64,000 bases of DNA from Narcine bancroftii (taxonomy: Eukaryota), in assembly GCF_036971445.1 (NCBI RefSeq), contig NC_091471.1, forward strand, positions 260,462,001 through 260,526,000, read 5' to 3'. Shown here in pieces: positions 46,878 through 59,712 of the stretch (positions are counted from its first letter, which is position 1; each line of letters starts with the position of its first letter). A program made the position numbers and the translations under genes. The notes beneath the pieces were generated by a model that was given only the letters and a program-made list of their open reading frames with translations, did not search any database and was not told the DNA's origin.

Positions 46878-49800
46878 AATGAGTATGTTGAACTATGACT
46901 TTAAATATTAATGGAATACATAACCAAATCAAAAGGAAGAAACTGCTAAATTTACTGAAAAAAGAAAAAAATTGATATAGGATTCGTACAAGAAACACAT
47001 TTAACTGAAGTGGAACACAAGAAATTAAAGAGAGATTGGATAGGACATGTAACAGCAACATCATATAATTCAAAAGCCAGAGGAGTAGCTATATTAATCA
47101 ATAAAAATATACCAATCAAAATAGAAGAGGAAATAATAGATCCAGCAGGGAGATATGTAATGATAAAATGTCAGATATATTCAGAATTTTGGAATTTACT
47201 CAATGTATATTGACCTAATGAAGAAGATCAAAAATTTATGCAAGATATCTTTTTGAAGATAGTAGATACGCAAGGAAACATACTAATAGGAGGGGATTTT
47301 AACCTTAATTTGGACTCAAACATGGATAAAACTGGAAAAAAAACTAGCAGAAAGAACAAAGTAACCAAATTTATAATTAAATCGATGCAAAAAATGCAAT
47401 TTTTGGATATATGGAGGAAACAACACCCAAAGGAAAAAGAATATTCATATTATTCGGGTAAACATAAAACATACTCAAGGATAGACCTATTCCTGTTATC
47501 AGCCCACATTCAAGGGAAGAAGGTTAGGAAAACGGAATATAAAGCCAGACTATTATCGGACCACTTACCCCTGTTATTGGCCATAGAGCTAGAGGATATC
47601 CCACCAAAAATGTATAGATGGAGATTAAACTCCATGCTACTTAAGAGACAGGATTTTAGAGAATTAATTGAATGACAAATTAAAATGTACTTTGAAATAA
47701 ATACGGAATCAGTGAAAGATAAGTTTATACTATGGGACGCAATGAAAGCGTTCATCAGAGGGCAAATAATAAGTTATGTAACTAAGATGAAGAAGGACTA
47801 CAATCGGGAAACAGAACAGTTGGAAAGGGAAATAACAAATATAGAAAAAGAATTATCAATAAAGGAAGATGCAACTAAAAGAAGAGAATTGGCAGATAAA
47901 AAAATAAAATATGAAACACTACAAACATATAAGGTGGAGAAGAACATAATGAAGACAAAACAGAACTATTATGAGCTAGGAGAAAAAACGCACAAAATTC
48001 TAGCGTGGCAGCTTAAGACAGAACAAACTAAAAGAATGGTATTGGCATTAAGGAAAAAGGACAAACAAATTACATATAATCCAACGGAGATCAATGAAAA
48101 CTTCAGGGAATTCTACGAGCAACTATATCAAACTGAAAACAAAGGGAAAAAAGACAAAAAAGATCAATTTCTAACTAAAATTGAACTACCGAAATTACAA
48201 ACAGAGGAACAAAATAAATTAACAGAACCATTTGAAATGGAAGAAATACAAGAGATAATTAAAAAAACTACCGAATAATAAAACACCAGGAGAGGATGGA
48301 TTCCCAATAGAATTCTATAAAACATTTAAAGACTTATTAATTCCTCCCCTGCTGGAAGTAATCAACCAGACTGATAAAACACAAAGCATACCAGATTCAT
48401 GGAAAACAGCAATAATTACAGTAATACCAAAGACAGGGAAAGATCCACTTGCACCAGCGTCATATAGACCAATATCTCTACTTAACACAGATTATAAGAT
48501 AATAGCTAAACTATTAGCAAACGGATTGGCCGACTATGTACCAAAAATAGTAAATCTAGACCAAACTGGATTTATTAAAAAAAGACGAACAGCAGACAAT
48601 ATCTGTAAATTTATTAACTTAATTCATGCAGTAGAAGGAAATAAAACTCCAACAGTCGCGGTTGCTTTAGACGCAGAGAAGGTCTTTGACAGAGTAGAAT
48701 GGAATTATTTATTCAAAGTACTACAAAAATTCAGCCTACCAGAGAAATATATTAATTGGATTAAAGTATTATATAAGGGGCTATTGGCGAAAGTGACAGT
48801 AAATGGATATATATCGAAACAATTTAATTTAAGCAGATCAACAAGGCAGGGATGTCCACTATCTCCCTCACTGTTCGCGTTAGCTATAGAACCACTAGCA
48901 GAACTGATAAGAACAGAAAATAAAATAAGAGGGATAAAAATAAAAGAGAAGGAATATAAAATCAGTCTATTTGCAGATGACGTTATAATATACTTAACAG
49001 AACTAGAAATATCAATAAAAGAATTACATAGGAAATTGAAGGAATATGGAGAAGTATCGGGGTACAAGATCAACGCAAATAAAAGTGAAGCAATGCCAAT
49101 GAATAATGCGGATTTCACAAAGTTTAAGAAAGAATCACCATTTAGATGGCAAACACAAACAATGCGATACCTAGGTATACAACTAAATAAAAACCTCGGC
49201 CATCTATATAACTAAATTACCATCCATTAATGAAAAAATTACAAGACGACTTAGAGCATTGGAAAGACTTACCACTAACAGGATAAACTGTATTAAAATG
49301 AACATTTTCCCAAGGATACAATACCTATTTCAGTCATTACCAATATACCTAACAGAGAAATTCTTCAAGGAGTTAAAGAAAATAATAAGGAAATTCTTAT
49401 GGAAAGGGGGGAAACCGAGGATAGCACTAGATAAATTAACAGAATGGTATAAACAAGGAGGCTTACAACTACCAAACTTTAAAAATTATCATAGAGCCGC
49501 ACAATTAAGATACCTATCAAACAAGGGAAAAACCAGATTGGACTAGATTAGAACTAGATAAAATAGGGGAGAAGATACCTGAACATTTCCTATATAAATG
49601 GGATGAAAAATTGGTGTAACGTAGGAATTCACTGGTATTGCATCATCTGCTCAATATTTGGAAGAAGATTCATGTAGAAAGGAATAAAACAAATTACCAA
49701 CTACCAAAACTAATTCTGATGCAAAATCAGCTAATCCCTTTCACAATAGATAACCTTTCCTTTAGAGAATGGGAGAGAAAAGGGATCAAAAGAATAGAAA

Positions 49801-50657
49801 ATTGTTTTTCGGGAAATAAATTATTATCCTTTGAACAAATGAAGGATAAATATAATATAACTCACGATACAATGTTTGCATACTACCAACTGAAAACCTA
49901 CTTGAAGGACAAATTGGGAAACAGTCTGAGGTTACCAGAAGGAAGAAATTTTGAATATGTGATTACAGACACAATGATAATTTAAAAATTTGTAACAAAC
50001 ATGTACATCAAACTGCAAGAAAAGGAGAACGAGGAAACAAACGGTAAACCTAAACAAAAATGGGAACAAGATCTAAACATAAAGATAAAGAATGAAACAT
50101 GGGAGAAGCTATGCTCCGGATCTATGAGAAATACAATAAACATGAGGTTACGCATGATACAATATAACTGGATTCACAGGCTATACATCACACCTCAAAA
50201 GTTAAATAAATGGGACCCAACAGTATCAGACAGATGTTTTTGCTGTAAAAAGGAAATGGGAACAACAATTCATGCAATTTGGACATGTGAGAAAGTGGAA
50301 AAATTTGAGAAGATCTAAACCAGATATTAAATAAAATCACTAAAAGCAATATACCAAAAAACCCAGAGATCTTCCTCCTAAGTAATATAAGAAACAAAGA
50401 ATTTGGACTCGATTTGGATGGAGCACAAAAAAGATTTGTTATGATAGCCCTAGCTGTAGCCAAAAAATGTATTATTTCAACCTGGAAATTAGAAGACAAC
50501 TTGAGAATACAACAATGGTATATAGAAATGAACAAATGTATTCCATTAGAAAAAATAACCTATAATTTAAGAAATAACATTACAATATTTGAACAAATAT
50601 GGGAGCCATACATGAAACACAATAGAGAAATCCTACCGTGGACTTCCACCACCTAAA
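46878..50657 (+). pseudogene. L1 ORF2 (APE endonuclease, RT, CCHC), disrupted
   Basis: QETH, GGDFN, SRIDLF and SDH (EN); DAEKVFDRVEW, RQGCPLSP and LFADD (RT); CFCC..IHAIWTC. Multiple stops and frameshifts. Confidence 0.93.
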
Positions 50658-51417
50658 ATGACAGAAGGAGAAGATAACGAAAAGAACTGACTCAGTAAAA
50701 TTTCTTGTTTATTTTTATTAAGTGACAACATTGTTTAACGGGTTTAATGTATCTTATAGATGGAACTTCAAATAAATGGGGAAGGGGGTGAGGGAGGGAG
50801 GGAAGGGAGGGGGGAAAAGGGAGAAAACAACACTATATTTAAGAAGAAAAATGTCTGTATGTATCTTGGTCAATATGGTTTATAGTGTGAAAAATAAAAA
50901 AAAATTAAAAAAAAAGATCTCCCTTCTGAGATCTTCCAGGAAAGATGGGGTTTGTTGCTTTATAAAGGGGTTTGGCTGAATATGTGGGAAGATTTTAAAA
51001 CATAATAGTATATTTAGCAAAAAAAAGATGAAGTAGATCTCATCTTGGCTTCCATGCCCAGACTTTCAGATACAACTGAGGTATGTTTGTCTGCATGAAT
51101 ACACCTTCCTACCAACAAAGAGCTTCCAAATCCATGCAGCTAAACTAAGATCCACAGGCTCCTCCTTTCCATGGCTGGGAAAATAGTATGTCAGTCCTTC
51201 CTGTCTTCACACTAGCAGCAATTTAAGGGAACCAAATTGGGGTGTTGATTATTTTTTTCCTCTCTGTTGTAAATGTCAGAGTATAACCACTGACTTCCTT
51301 TCCAGTTTGCTTGTACATTCCATGTTTCTATTGTTGGTAAAGTTGCTGAACATTAACAATAAAAATATCAATAATGAATCAACTGGGGAATTTGGAAGGA
51401 CTTCTGTTCTCTTTGAA

Positions 51418-51617
51418 NNNNNNNNNNNNNNNNNNNNNNNNNNNNNNNNNNNNNNNNNNNNNNNNNNNNNNNNNNNNNNNNNNNNNNNNNNNNNNNNNNN
51501 NNNNNNNNNNNNNNNNNNNNNNNNNNNNNNNNNNNNNNNNNNNNNNNNNNNNNNNNNNNNNNNNNNNNNNNNNNNNNNNNNNNNNNNNNNNNNNNNNNNN
51601 NNNNNNNNNNNNNNNNN
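51418..51617. other. Assembly gap (200 N)
   Basis: Run of N. Confidence 1.
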
Positions 51618-53805
51618 TTGGTTTGCCTATTATCCTCAAACCATGGCCCCGGGTTCTGGATTTTCCCATCATTGGAAACATCCCATCTGCATCCATTCTG
51701 CCCAGTCCTGCCAGAATTTTATAGGTCTCTATGAGATCCCTTCTCAATCTTCTAAACTCCAGCGAGTACAATCCCAATTTGCGCAATCTTTCCTCATAAG
51801 TCATTCCTGCCATTCCAGGTATCAGCCTGGTGAATCGCCTCTGCACTCCCTCCATTGCAAGAACATCCTTCCTTAGATAAGGTGACCAAAACTGCACACA
51901 ATACTCCAGGTGGGGTCTCACCAAGGCCCTGTACAGCTGCAGTAAGGTATCGTTGTTCCTATACTCAAACCCTCTTGATATGAAGGCCAACATACCATTT
52001 GCCTTTTTAACCGCCTGCTGTACCTGCATGCTCGCCTTCAGAGACTGGTGTACAAGTACCCCTAGGGCTCTCTGCACTTCCCCATCTCTTAATCTATTGC
52101 CATTCAAATAGTAATCTGCCCTCCGGTTTGTATTACCAAAGTGGATAACCTCACATTTATCCACATTGTAGTGCATTTGCCATGTATCTGCCCAGTCCCT
52201 CAATTTATCCAAATCACACTGGAACTTCCTGACCCCCTCTTCCGTGCACACAACCCCTCCTAGCTTAGTGTCATCTGCAAATTTGGAGATATTACATCCA
52301 ATCCCCTCATCCAGATCATTAATGTAAATTGTGAACAGCTGGGGTCCCAGTACAGATCCCTGTGGCACCCCACTAGTCATCGCCTGCCACTCAGAAAATG
52401 AGCCATTTATCCCAACTCTGTCTTCTACCTGCCAGCCAGTTCTCAATCCACATCAATACTTTGCCCCCAATCCATGAGCCTTGATTTTGGAAGCCATTCG
52501 TTTATGCAGGACCTTATCGAAGGCCTTTTGGAAGTCCAGGTACACCACATCCACGGCTCTCCCCCATCTATTTTACCTGTCACCATCTCAAAGAATTCCA
52601 ATAGATTTGTCAAGCACGATTTACCTTTTGTAAATCCATGTTGACTCTGTCCGATCCCTTCTCTGCTAGTCGTATGCTCCGCTATTACATCCTTAATAAT
52701 GGATTCTATCATTTTGCCCACTACTGATGTAAGGCTCACTGGCCTATAATTCCCCGCTTTTTCTCTACCCCCCTTTTTTAAATAGTGGGGTAACATTAGC
52801 TACCCTCCAATCCATGGGTACTGATCCTGAGTCTATCGAGTTCTGAAAAATAATTCTTAAAGCATCTGCTATCTGAATGGCCACTTCCTTGTGTACCCTA
52901 GGATATAGATTATCAGGCCCTTGGGATTTATCTGCCTTCAATCCCATCAATTTCCCCAAGACCATGTCCTTAGAGATACTGATTTCTTTCAGTTCCTCCC
53001 TTGCATTAGTCTCTATGTTTCCCAACATCCTTGGGAGGTTATTTGTATCCTCTCTTGTAAAAACAGAACTAAAGTAAGAATTTAATTGGTCTGCCATTTC
53101 CTTATTCCCCATTATATATTTCCCTGATTCCGACTGCAAAGGACCTACTCTGGATTTCACCAGTCTTTTCCTCTTGACATATTTATAAAAGCTTTTGCAG
53201 TTGGTTTTCATATTTGCCGCAAGCTTAATTTCGTAATTTATTTTTGCTCTCTTGATTAATCCCTTTGTCCTCCTTTGGTGCATCTTGAACTGCTCCCAGT
53301 CTTCGGTTGTGGTACTTTTTTTGGCCAATTGATATACTCTCTCTTTGGACCTAATGCTGTCTCTAATTTCCCTTGTTATCCACGGTTGAGTCACCTTTTT
53401 TGGTTTATTTTTATGCCAAACCGGTATAAATGATTTTTGCAATTTCTCCATTAGATCTGTGAATGCTTTCCATTATCTATCCACAGTCAACTCCCCCATA
53501 AACACCACCCAATCAATCTTACTCAACTCCCGTCTCATACCATCATAATTCCCTTTATTTAAATTCAGGACCTTAGTCTCGGTTTTAATTTCATCACTCT
53601 CCATGTCGAGTGAGAATTCGATCATATTGTGATCGCTCCTACCCAAAGGGCCTCGTACAACAAGATTGTTGATTAGCCCCTTATCATTGTATAATACCCA
53701 ATCTAAAATGGCCTGCTCCCGAGTTGGTTCCTCGACATATTGGTCTAGATAACCGTCCCGTAAACATTCAAGGAATTCCTCCTCCTCAGTATTTTTACTA
53801 ATTTT
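51618..53805 (-). mobile_element. CR1-clade LINE ORF2 (end of EN plus RT), 5'-truncated; 3' end lost in the gap
   Basis: LGRSDHNMI, NYRPVSLTSVVGK, SQHGF.KGKSCLTNL, SGVPQGSVLGP, KFADDTKLGG, RPHLEYCVQFWSP; few frameshifts. Confidence 0.93.
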
Positions 53806-54109
53806 CAGAACAAGACTGCAAACAATTAATCAGACAAACAAAACATATGCACAGTACTTGTACACAAATATTAAAAAATAAATATGATTGTTAAATGGTA
53901 AAATCCCTGGTATCTGACACCTACAGGGATTGGTAAATGCTGGATAAGTGAATTTCCCGGTTGCTTGAGACTGTGCATTGCACAAGGAGGGTGCCAATTT
54001 TAAACTTCTTTATTGATTTGCCCATTTATCTTCCTCAATTTCTTTTGCTGGTTGCTTGATTTTACTGTAAATGGTTGAGTCACACAGGGTTTGTATGAGC
54101 AGTTCATCT

Positions 54110-55195
54110 GTCATTAAGCATCTGTCATTAAGCCTGCAGGGAGAAGCTGTTTCTCAGCCTGGTAGTTCTGGGACTGATACTCCTGTATCTCTTTCCTGAC
54201 TGGAGTAGCTGAAAGATACTCTGTAAGGGTGGTAGGAGCCCTCACTGATTTTTGCCGGCCCATCTTTAGACTGTGATCCCAGTAAATCCCATCAGTGGGG
54301 AGAGGGAGACCCAAGTGATCCTCTCTGCTGCTTTTCTAGTTCTGTGGATTGAGTTGCTCCTGGCTTGGTATAGGCAGTGCATTGAGTCAGAATCAGAATT
54401 TCTTGTCATGAATAAGTCATGAAATTTGGTGTTTTGCGGCAGCATCGTAGAGCAAACATACATATTATAACCATCTTATAACATTAATGTAAAAAAATAA
54501 AAACAATGGGATATGAAAATTAAGGTATTGTCTTTGGTTCATTGATTATTCAAGAATTTGATGGCAGCAGAGAAGATGCCCTTGTGCCATTGAGTGCTCG
54601 TGTTTAGGCTCCTGAACCCTTTCCCGATGGTAGCAGAGTGAAGAGGACATGGACTGCGTGAGTGGTGGAGGTCTTTGAGGATAGATGCTGCTTTTTTCAG
54701 ACACTCCCTTATGTAGATGTCCTTGATGAAATGGTCTGATGTCGATGATGTTGCAGGTCAAGTTAACAACCCTCTGGAGTTCATTCTTGTCCTGAGAATT
54801 GATGCCTCCATATCAGCCAGAATGCTCTCCACAGTACACCTGTAAAAGTTTGAGCATCTTCAGTGAGATACTGAATCTCCTCAGACACCTCACAAAGTAT
54901 AGCAGCTGGCAAGCATCCTTTGTGAGGCTCCAGGACAGAACCTTGGAGATGTTGACAATCAGGAGTTTAAAGTTCTTGACCCTCTCCACTACTGAGGTCT
55001 CAATGAGTACTGGATCGTGTTTCCCCCCTGCCATCCCCCCCCCCCCCCGACTTCAGTCTGCATTCGTCTCCTTGGTTTTGCTGACATTGAGCCCAAGGTT
55101 GTCATTACATAATTCAACGAGCTGACCTGTCTCTCTCCTGGACGCTTCCTCATTTCTGCTCGTGATTCTGTCAACAACTGTGGTGTCATTGGCGT
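54110..55195 (-). mobile_element. Rex/Babar fragments (two pieces)
   Basis: SVVERVKNFKLL..LYFVRCLRRF; tail with (GATTCT) repeats at ~54385. Confidence 0.75.
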
Positions 55196-55296
55196 CTGGG
55201 AGTCTTCAAGTGTGGCAGGTATTTAGTATACTGGTGTTCTGTTTGATAGTTGAGAGTTTTAGAGTATGTTTAATTTTGTTTCTATTCTCCCTTTAG

Positions 55297-55344
55297 GGCA
55301 ATTTTTCCTGCCAGCCAGCTATACGCTTTGAAGGAAACCAAGGG
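55297..55344 (+). CDS. ELL: ELL coding exon 2 (GNFSCQPAIRFEGNQG, 48 nt)
   Basis: Polypyrimidine tract ttctccctttag| and donor GGG|gtaagt; phase 0/0. Matches human DSVSLRPSIRFQGSQG in length and motif. Confidence 0.9.
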
Positions 55345-57001
55345 GTAAGTCTTTGGAATCATTCTATTTTTCTATGATCTGAAGTAACTATTCTCAACTG
55401 GGACCCTCCCCTGGGAGCCACAGCACATACAAGTAAAAGCCTTGTTTTCTTTTCACCTCACATAACAATTTTTTGAATGTAGTCAGTAGGAGAAAAGTAC
55501 AGAAGAAACTAAAACTTGACTGCTTCACAGGGGAGGAAGCCCATAAACTTTGAGCAGAGTTCTTAAGGGGTCATACCAAAAAGCGGTTGAGGATTGGCTG
55601 ATCTAAAGAACTGATTGTTGGTTCACAGTTGTCAATTATTTTTCTTTTCCTTTTGTTAATGAAGTCTTTAACATGTTTTTGGGTAATCTTCTGGAGGCAC
55701 ATGATTGAACTGCATCCAAGAAGCAGTTTAGATTGAGTAGAGAACTGTTATTTGATCAAAGATCAAAGAATGAACAGGTTATTATAGCAAGAATGGCAGC
55801 TCTGAAATAGGAACAGATCTTCCAATTGTGGATTCTGTTCTGCCACTCATTTAGATCATGGCTGATTGATGCCTTGATTCCATTCATCTATAAAGGTTTA
55901 TAACCTTTAATTAATTTGCTTAATAAATAGATATCCATCACCATTTTGATTTTTCAAGTGCACACTATTGCTTTTCAATTTTTTTTCCTTACATGAAAAT
56001 ATATCTTCAGCTTTGTTCCAGATGGGTTGGCTCAATATGGATCTTGATGCAGTAATTCTTTGAATTTTCTGTTAGCTTCATTAATCTGTAGAAGGAGCTG
56101 GTGGATGTTTTTAATACATTGGTGAACTCAGAAGTTCGTGTCCAAGGTGATGTTGCCCATGCTTGGCCCCAAACTATGTAGGTTGCAGGGTCTGGTGAAT
56201 CAACGAACTGGTAGAGGACACCAGATCAGGAGAACACAGATCTGCCAAGGAAAAGCCTGGGAGGGAACTCTACAGGGAAGGTGACCACAGAGGTTGGTGA
56301 TAACTAGATATTGTGACTGGGATTTGTGAGGATCCCAATGCTAAATGCTCCCAAAAGGCCTTCAACAGTTTCCTCAGAATGTTGGCAATTTGGAACTAGA
56401 AGTTCAGGTTCACTGTGTGAATGAACAGGAGACCTTGGTGTTGCTCAAAGGATTCTCTATTGTTTCTCTTTTTCATATTGGCTAGTGACGCCTTTATAGC
56501 AAACAAAAGTTAACAAATTTTGTGCATTAATACATGATATTAAAGGAATTTTGAATCTTAATGTCCTTAACATCTAAATTAGATTGAACCTATATTCTAT
56601 AATGGATGGACAGCACATCTGATCTAAACTATCTATTCATGTAAAATTTTTTGATCCAGTATTATTCTGATATGCTGGATACCCTTTCAAAGCCTTTCTG
56701 GGTTCTTGTGCCTAAACTTGAACCCAATTTTACTGGAGTTGTGACCAGAACCTGTCTCAATACTCAAGAGGGCTGTTCTCATGATGGAACCTAGTACTCC
56801 AGAGTTAAATCAACACATTGTGAAGTCCAAAAAGGCTTTGTTGCCATTCCTGCCTCCTTGAGATGATGTAATTTCAAGAATGTTTTATGGCAGCAGAAGC
56901 TTTCACTACATCTGCTAACTCCATAGGCCATTAGAAAGCATGTGTCCATAATCCAATGAGTTGTGATAACTATTGGTTATGTAGGTTCAGTGAGTTAGGA
57001 T

Positions 57002-57116
57002 GATCCAGTACTCATTGAGACCTCAGTAGTGGAGAGGGTCAAGAACTTTAAACTCCTGAGTGTCAACATCTCCAAGGATCTGTCCTGGAGCCTCACAAAG
57101 GATGCTTGCCAACTGC
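57002..57116 (+). repeat. Inverted copy of 54902-55016 (Rex/Babar-derived)
   Basis: 112/115 identity to the reverse complement, by manual comparison. Confidence 0.93.
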
Positions 57117-57759
57117 ACTGATGATGCAGTTTCAGAAGAGTACTGCACTGTTTGTAGATGCTGTCCTTCATCTAGTGGGAGAATGAAGTCGTTTTCCTTG
57201 GTCTCCTGGCTAATGCTGATCATCGTCACTCTGTGGAAGTGTTCTTCACGTACAATGACTGCTTATGTTTGATTCCTTAACAGTTAGCACATTTCAGTTA
57301 TTAAATTATAGGTGAGATGTTGCAGCAACACAAGGCTCTTTAATCAAAATGTGTCTCTAAAATGGGAGAAAATTGTGAGCTTTGACTCAAAGGGTGGCTT
57401 CCTGAACCCATAATTCTTGGAGATTCTCAGTGCAGTAGTTTAGAATTCTATCACATTAAAGAAAATGATATTACTAAAAATACTACGGGACATGATGAGT
57501 ACAGAAGAGTGCAGCAAACTCAATGGCACATTTCAATTGAGACCCTACACAAACATGCCATTTTTCCTGGGGCTAAAAGTTCAAACGGCACATACTTGGA
57601 GAGGTACATGAATTCTGTTTTGTACAGTCGAATCATTGAACAGTACAACATTTATTTCATCAGGATATGTACTGACTTCAAGTTTATTTATCATATTATA
57701 CCTGACACAATGAGAAGGATTCTTCTGCAAGTGGTCTAACAGGCCGCCATTTGCATTTA

Positions 57760-58270
57760 TACAGCTGTACATAATAGGACAAAAGCACAATTACAGAATA
57801 TAGAGTACATGAGGAAAACAAAATAAATGCAGAATAAGAACACTGTTGTTGTGGGGTTCATTCAGGAACCTGATGGCTGCAAAGAAGAAAATGTCTTTAA
57901 GCCTGTGATGGGTGATTTCACCCTTCGGATGGAAGGTGGGAGAAGAATGTTTGTGCAGGATGTGATGGGCCCTTCAGTTTGAGGACTGCATTTCCTCGGG
58001 AGGATGAGATAGAGATAGTGATCGTGGAGGGGAGGGAAGTTTGCGTGATGTTCTGAGCTATGTTTGTCACTTTCTGAAGTGTCCTCAAATCTTGGGCAGA
58101 GTACCTCCTTTATTACAGTGCGATACATAATGCAAATACTCTTTCCATGGTGCACCTGTAGAAGTTATGGAGGGACAAGAGGAACATGCTGACCTTCCTT
58201 AGCCTTTTAACAAAATAGAGGATTTAGTGTGCTTTCTTATCTGCTGCATTAACTTGGCTCATCCAGGTGA
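57760..58270 (-). mobile_element. Decayed Rex/Babar fragment
   Basis: LLPPSIRRVKS..LKTFSSLQPSGS remnant. Confidence 0.55.
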
Positions 58271-58719
58271 GGGGAATGGGGCTGCTTTCTTAATATTTTA
58301 TTTAATCAACATAAATAGTATCATAATAACAAACAATAGTAAATCATAATATTACAATGTTAACAAATATATGCTGAAAATATATAGAAAAAAACTTAAA
58401 AACTAAAAAAAAACCTCTAAATCCCTCCTTCCCGCTCCAAACCTAATCTAATCCAGTAACTAACATACATAATATCATTACTGATTCGTATCGCATCAGA
58501 TGACACTTCAGGATCCCAAAAATATTAGCTATTATTCAGATAATGGAGGCTGTTTACTCCCAAATGTTAACTTGGTAGACCCTGAGAGGGCAGAGTTTGG
58601 ATATATGGTTGTTTCTCTGGTTGGCAATCAACATTTAATGATGTGCTGCAAGGATCAGAGCTGGTCTCATAAATGCTCACAATAGACATGAATAACTTGG
58701 AGGGCTAAGTGCAGCATTT

Positions 58720-58912
58720 GGGGCAGCGTGGCTAATGTAGCAGTTAATGGAGCACTGTTATAGCGCCAGCGACCGGGTCTTGAATTCGGTACTGTCTGTA
58801 AGGAATTTGAACATTCTCCCCATGTCTGCAAGGGTTTTCTCCCACCCTTCAAAAGATAGGTTAATTGGGCAGCGTGGGCTAATGGCTGGAAGGACCTGTT
58901 ACCATGCTTTGC
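58720..58912 (+). mobile_element. V-SINE (HE1-like)
   Basis: Homologous to the 32352 copy. Confidence 0.7.
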
Positions 58913-58929
58913 CTTTTTAAAAAAAATCA

Positions 58930-59712
58930 AAGTTTGCTGATGACACTAAATTAAGTGGAAAAGCAAATTGCATAAAAGACACAGAGTATGCAGAGAGAAA
59001 GCTTTAGAGAATAGGTAAGGGTCTGGCAGATGAAGTACAACATTGATAAATGTGAGGTGGTGGAAAGTTGAAAGGATGTCGTGAATGAAGTTCAAAAAGT
59101 TATTTTGCATTCACAGCAGGAAAATGGGATGTTGGCCTTCGTTGCTAGGGATGTGAACTAAAGAGGCTCTGTTCCATCTGCACAGTGTACTGGTGAGACA
59201 TCACCTCGGCTACCATGCACAAATCTGGTCTTGCTTGAGACAGGATATACAGAATTGTCTTTGGAAGTGGTGCATAGGAAGTTCACCAGGTTGATTCCAG
59301 AAATAAGAGGGTTAGTTTTTGAGGAGCGATTAAGTAGCCTGGGACTAGACTCAATGAAGTTTAAAAGAATGAAAGCAATCTTAATAGAGACATAAAATTA
59401 GGAAAGGAATAGATAAAATAGAAGCAGGGAGGTTGATTTTTCTGGCAGGTGAGACCAGAACTAGGGGATAAGCCTCAAGAATAAAGGGAGTAAATTTATG
59501 ACGAGGAGATGCTTCTCCCAGAGAATATTAAATTTGCAGAATTCTCTGGCCATTGAAGCAGCAGAGGCTGCCTCATTAAACATTTGACAGATCCTTGAAT
59601 AATAAGGATATAGAAAGCGAGCAGGTAAATAGAGCTGATTCCACAGCCACATCAGTCATGAATGGTGGAGCAGCCTCAACAGGCCAGATGGTTTGCTACT
59701 GCTCCTGTTTCT
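58930..59712 (+). mobile_element. Decayed CR1 RT-to-3' fragment
   Basis: aagtttgctgatgacactaaa (KFADDTK); CR1 3' tail. Confidence 0.75.

Larger units (their letters stand above)
44973..50913 (+). mobile_element. Full-length (~5.9 kb) L1, disabled
   Basis: 15-bp TSD AAGATCTCCCTTCTG (44958-72 / 50914-28), 5'UTR, ORF1, spacer, ORF2, G-rich 3'UTR, AATAAA and poly(A). Confidence 0.95.
13805..55296 (+). other. ELL: ELL intron 1 (~41.5 kb including a 200-N gap)
   Basis: GT-AG, phase 0, between the two recognised exons. Confidence 0.8.

Noticed and set aside
51307-51876. ORFs spanning X runs
   Set aside because: Artefacts of translating through the N gap.
57509-57739. HISI peptide resembling the start of ELL exon 3
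   Set aside because: No AG acceptor precedes it and there is no further similarity (no FYLSN/GSFDCIQQ). Exon 3 appears to be beyond the window.
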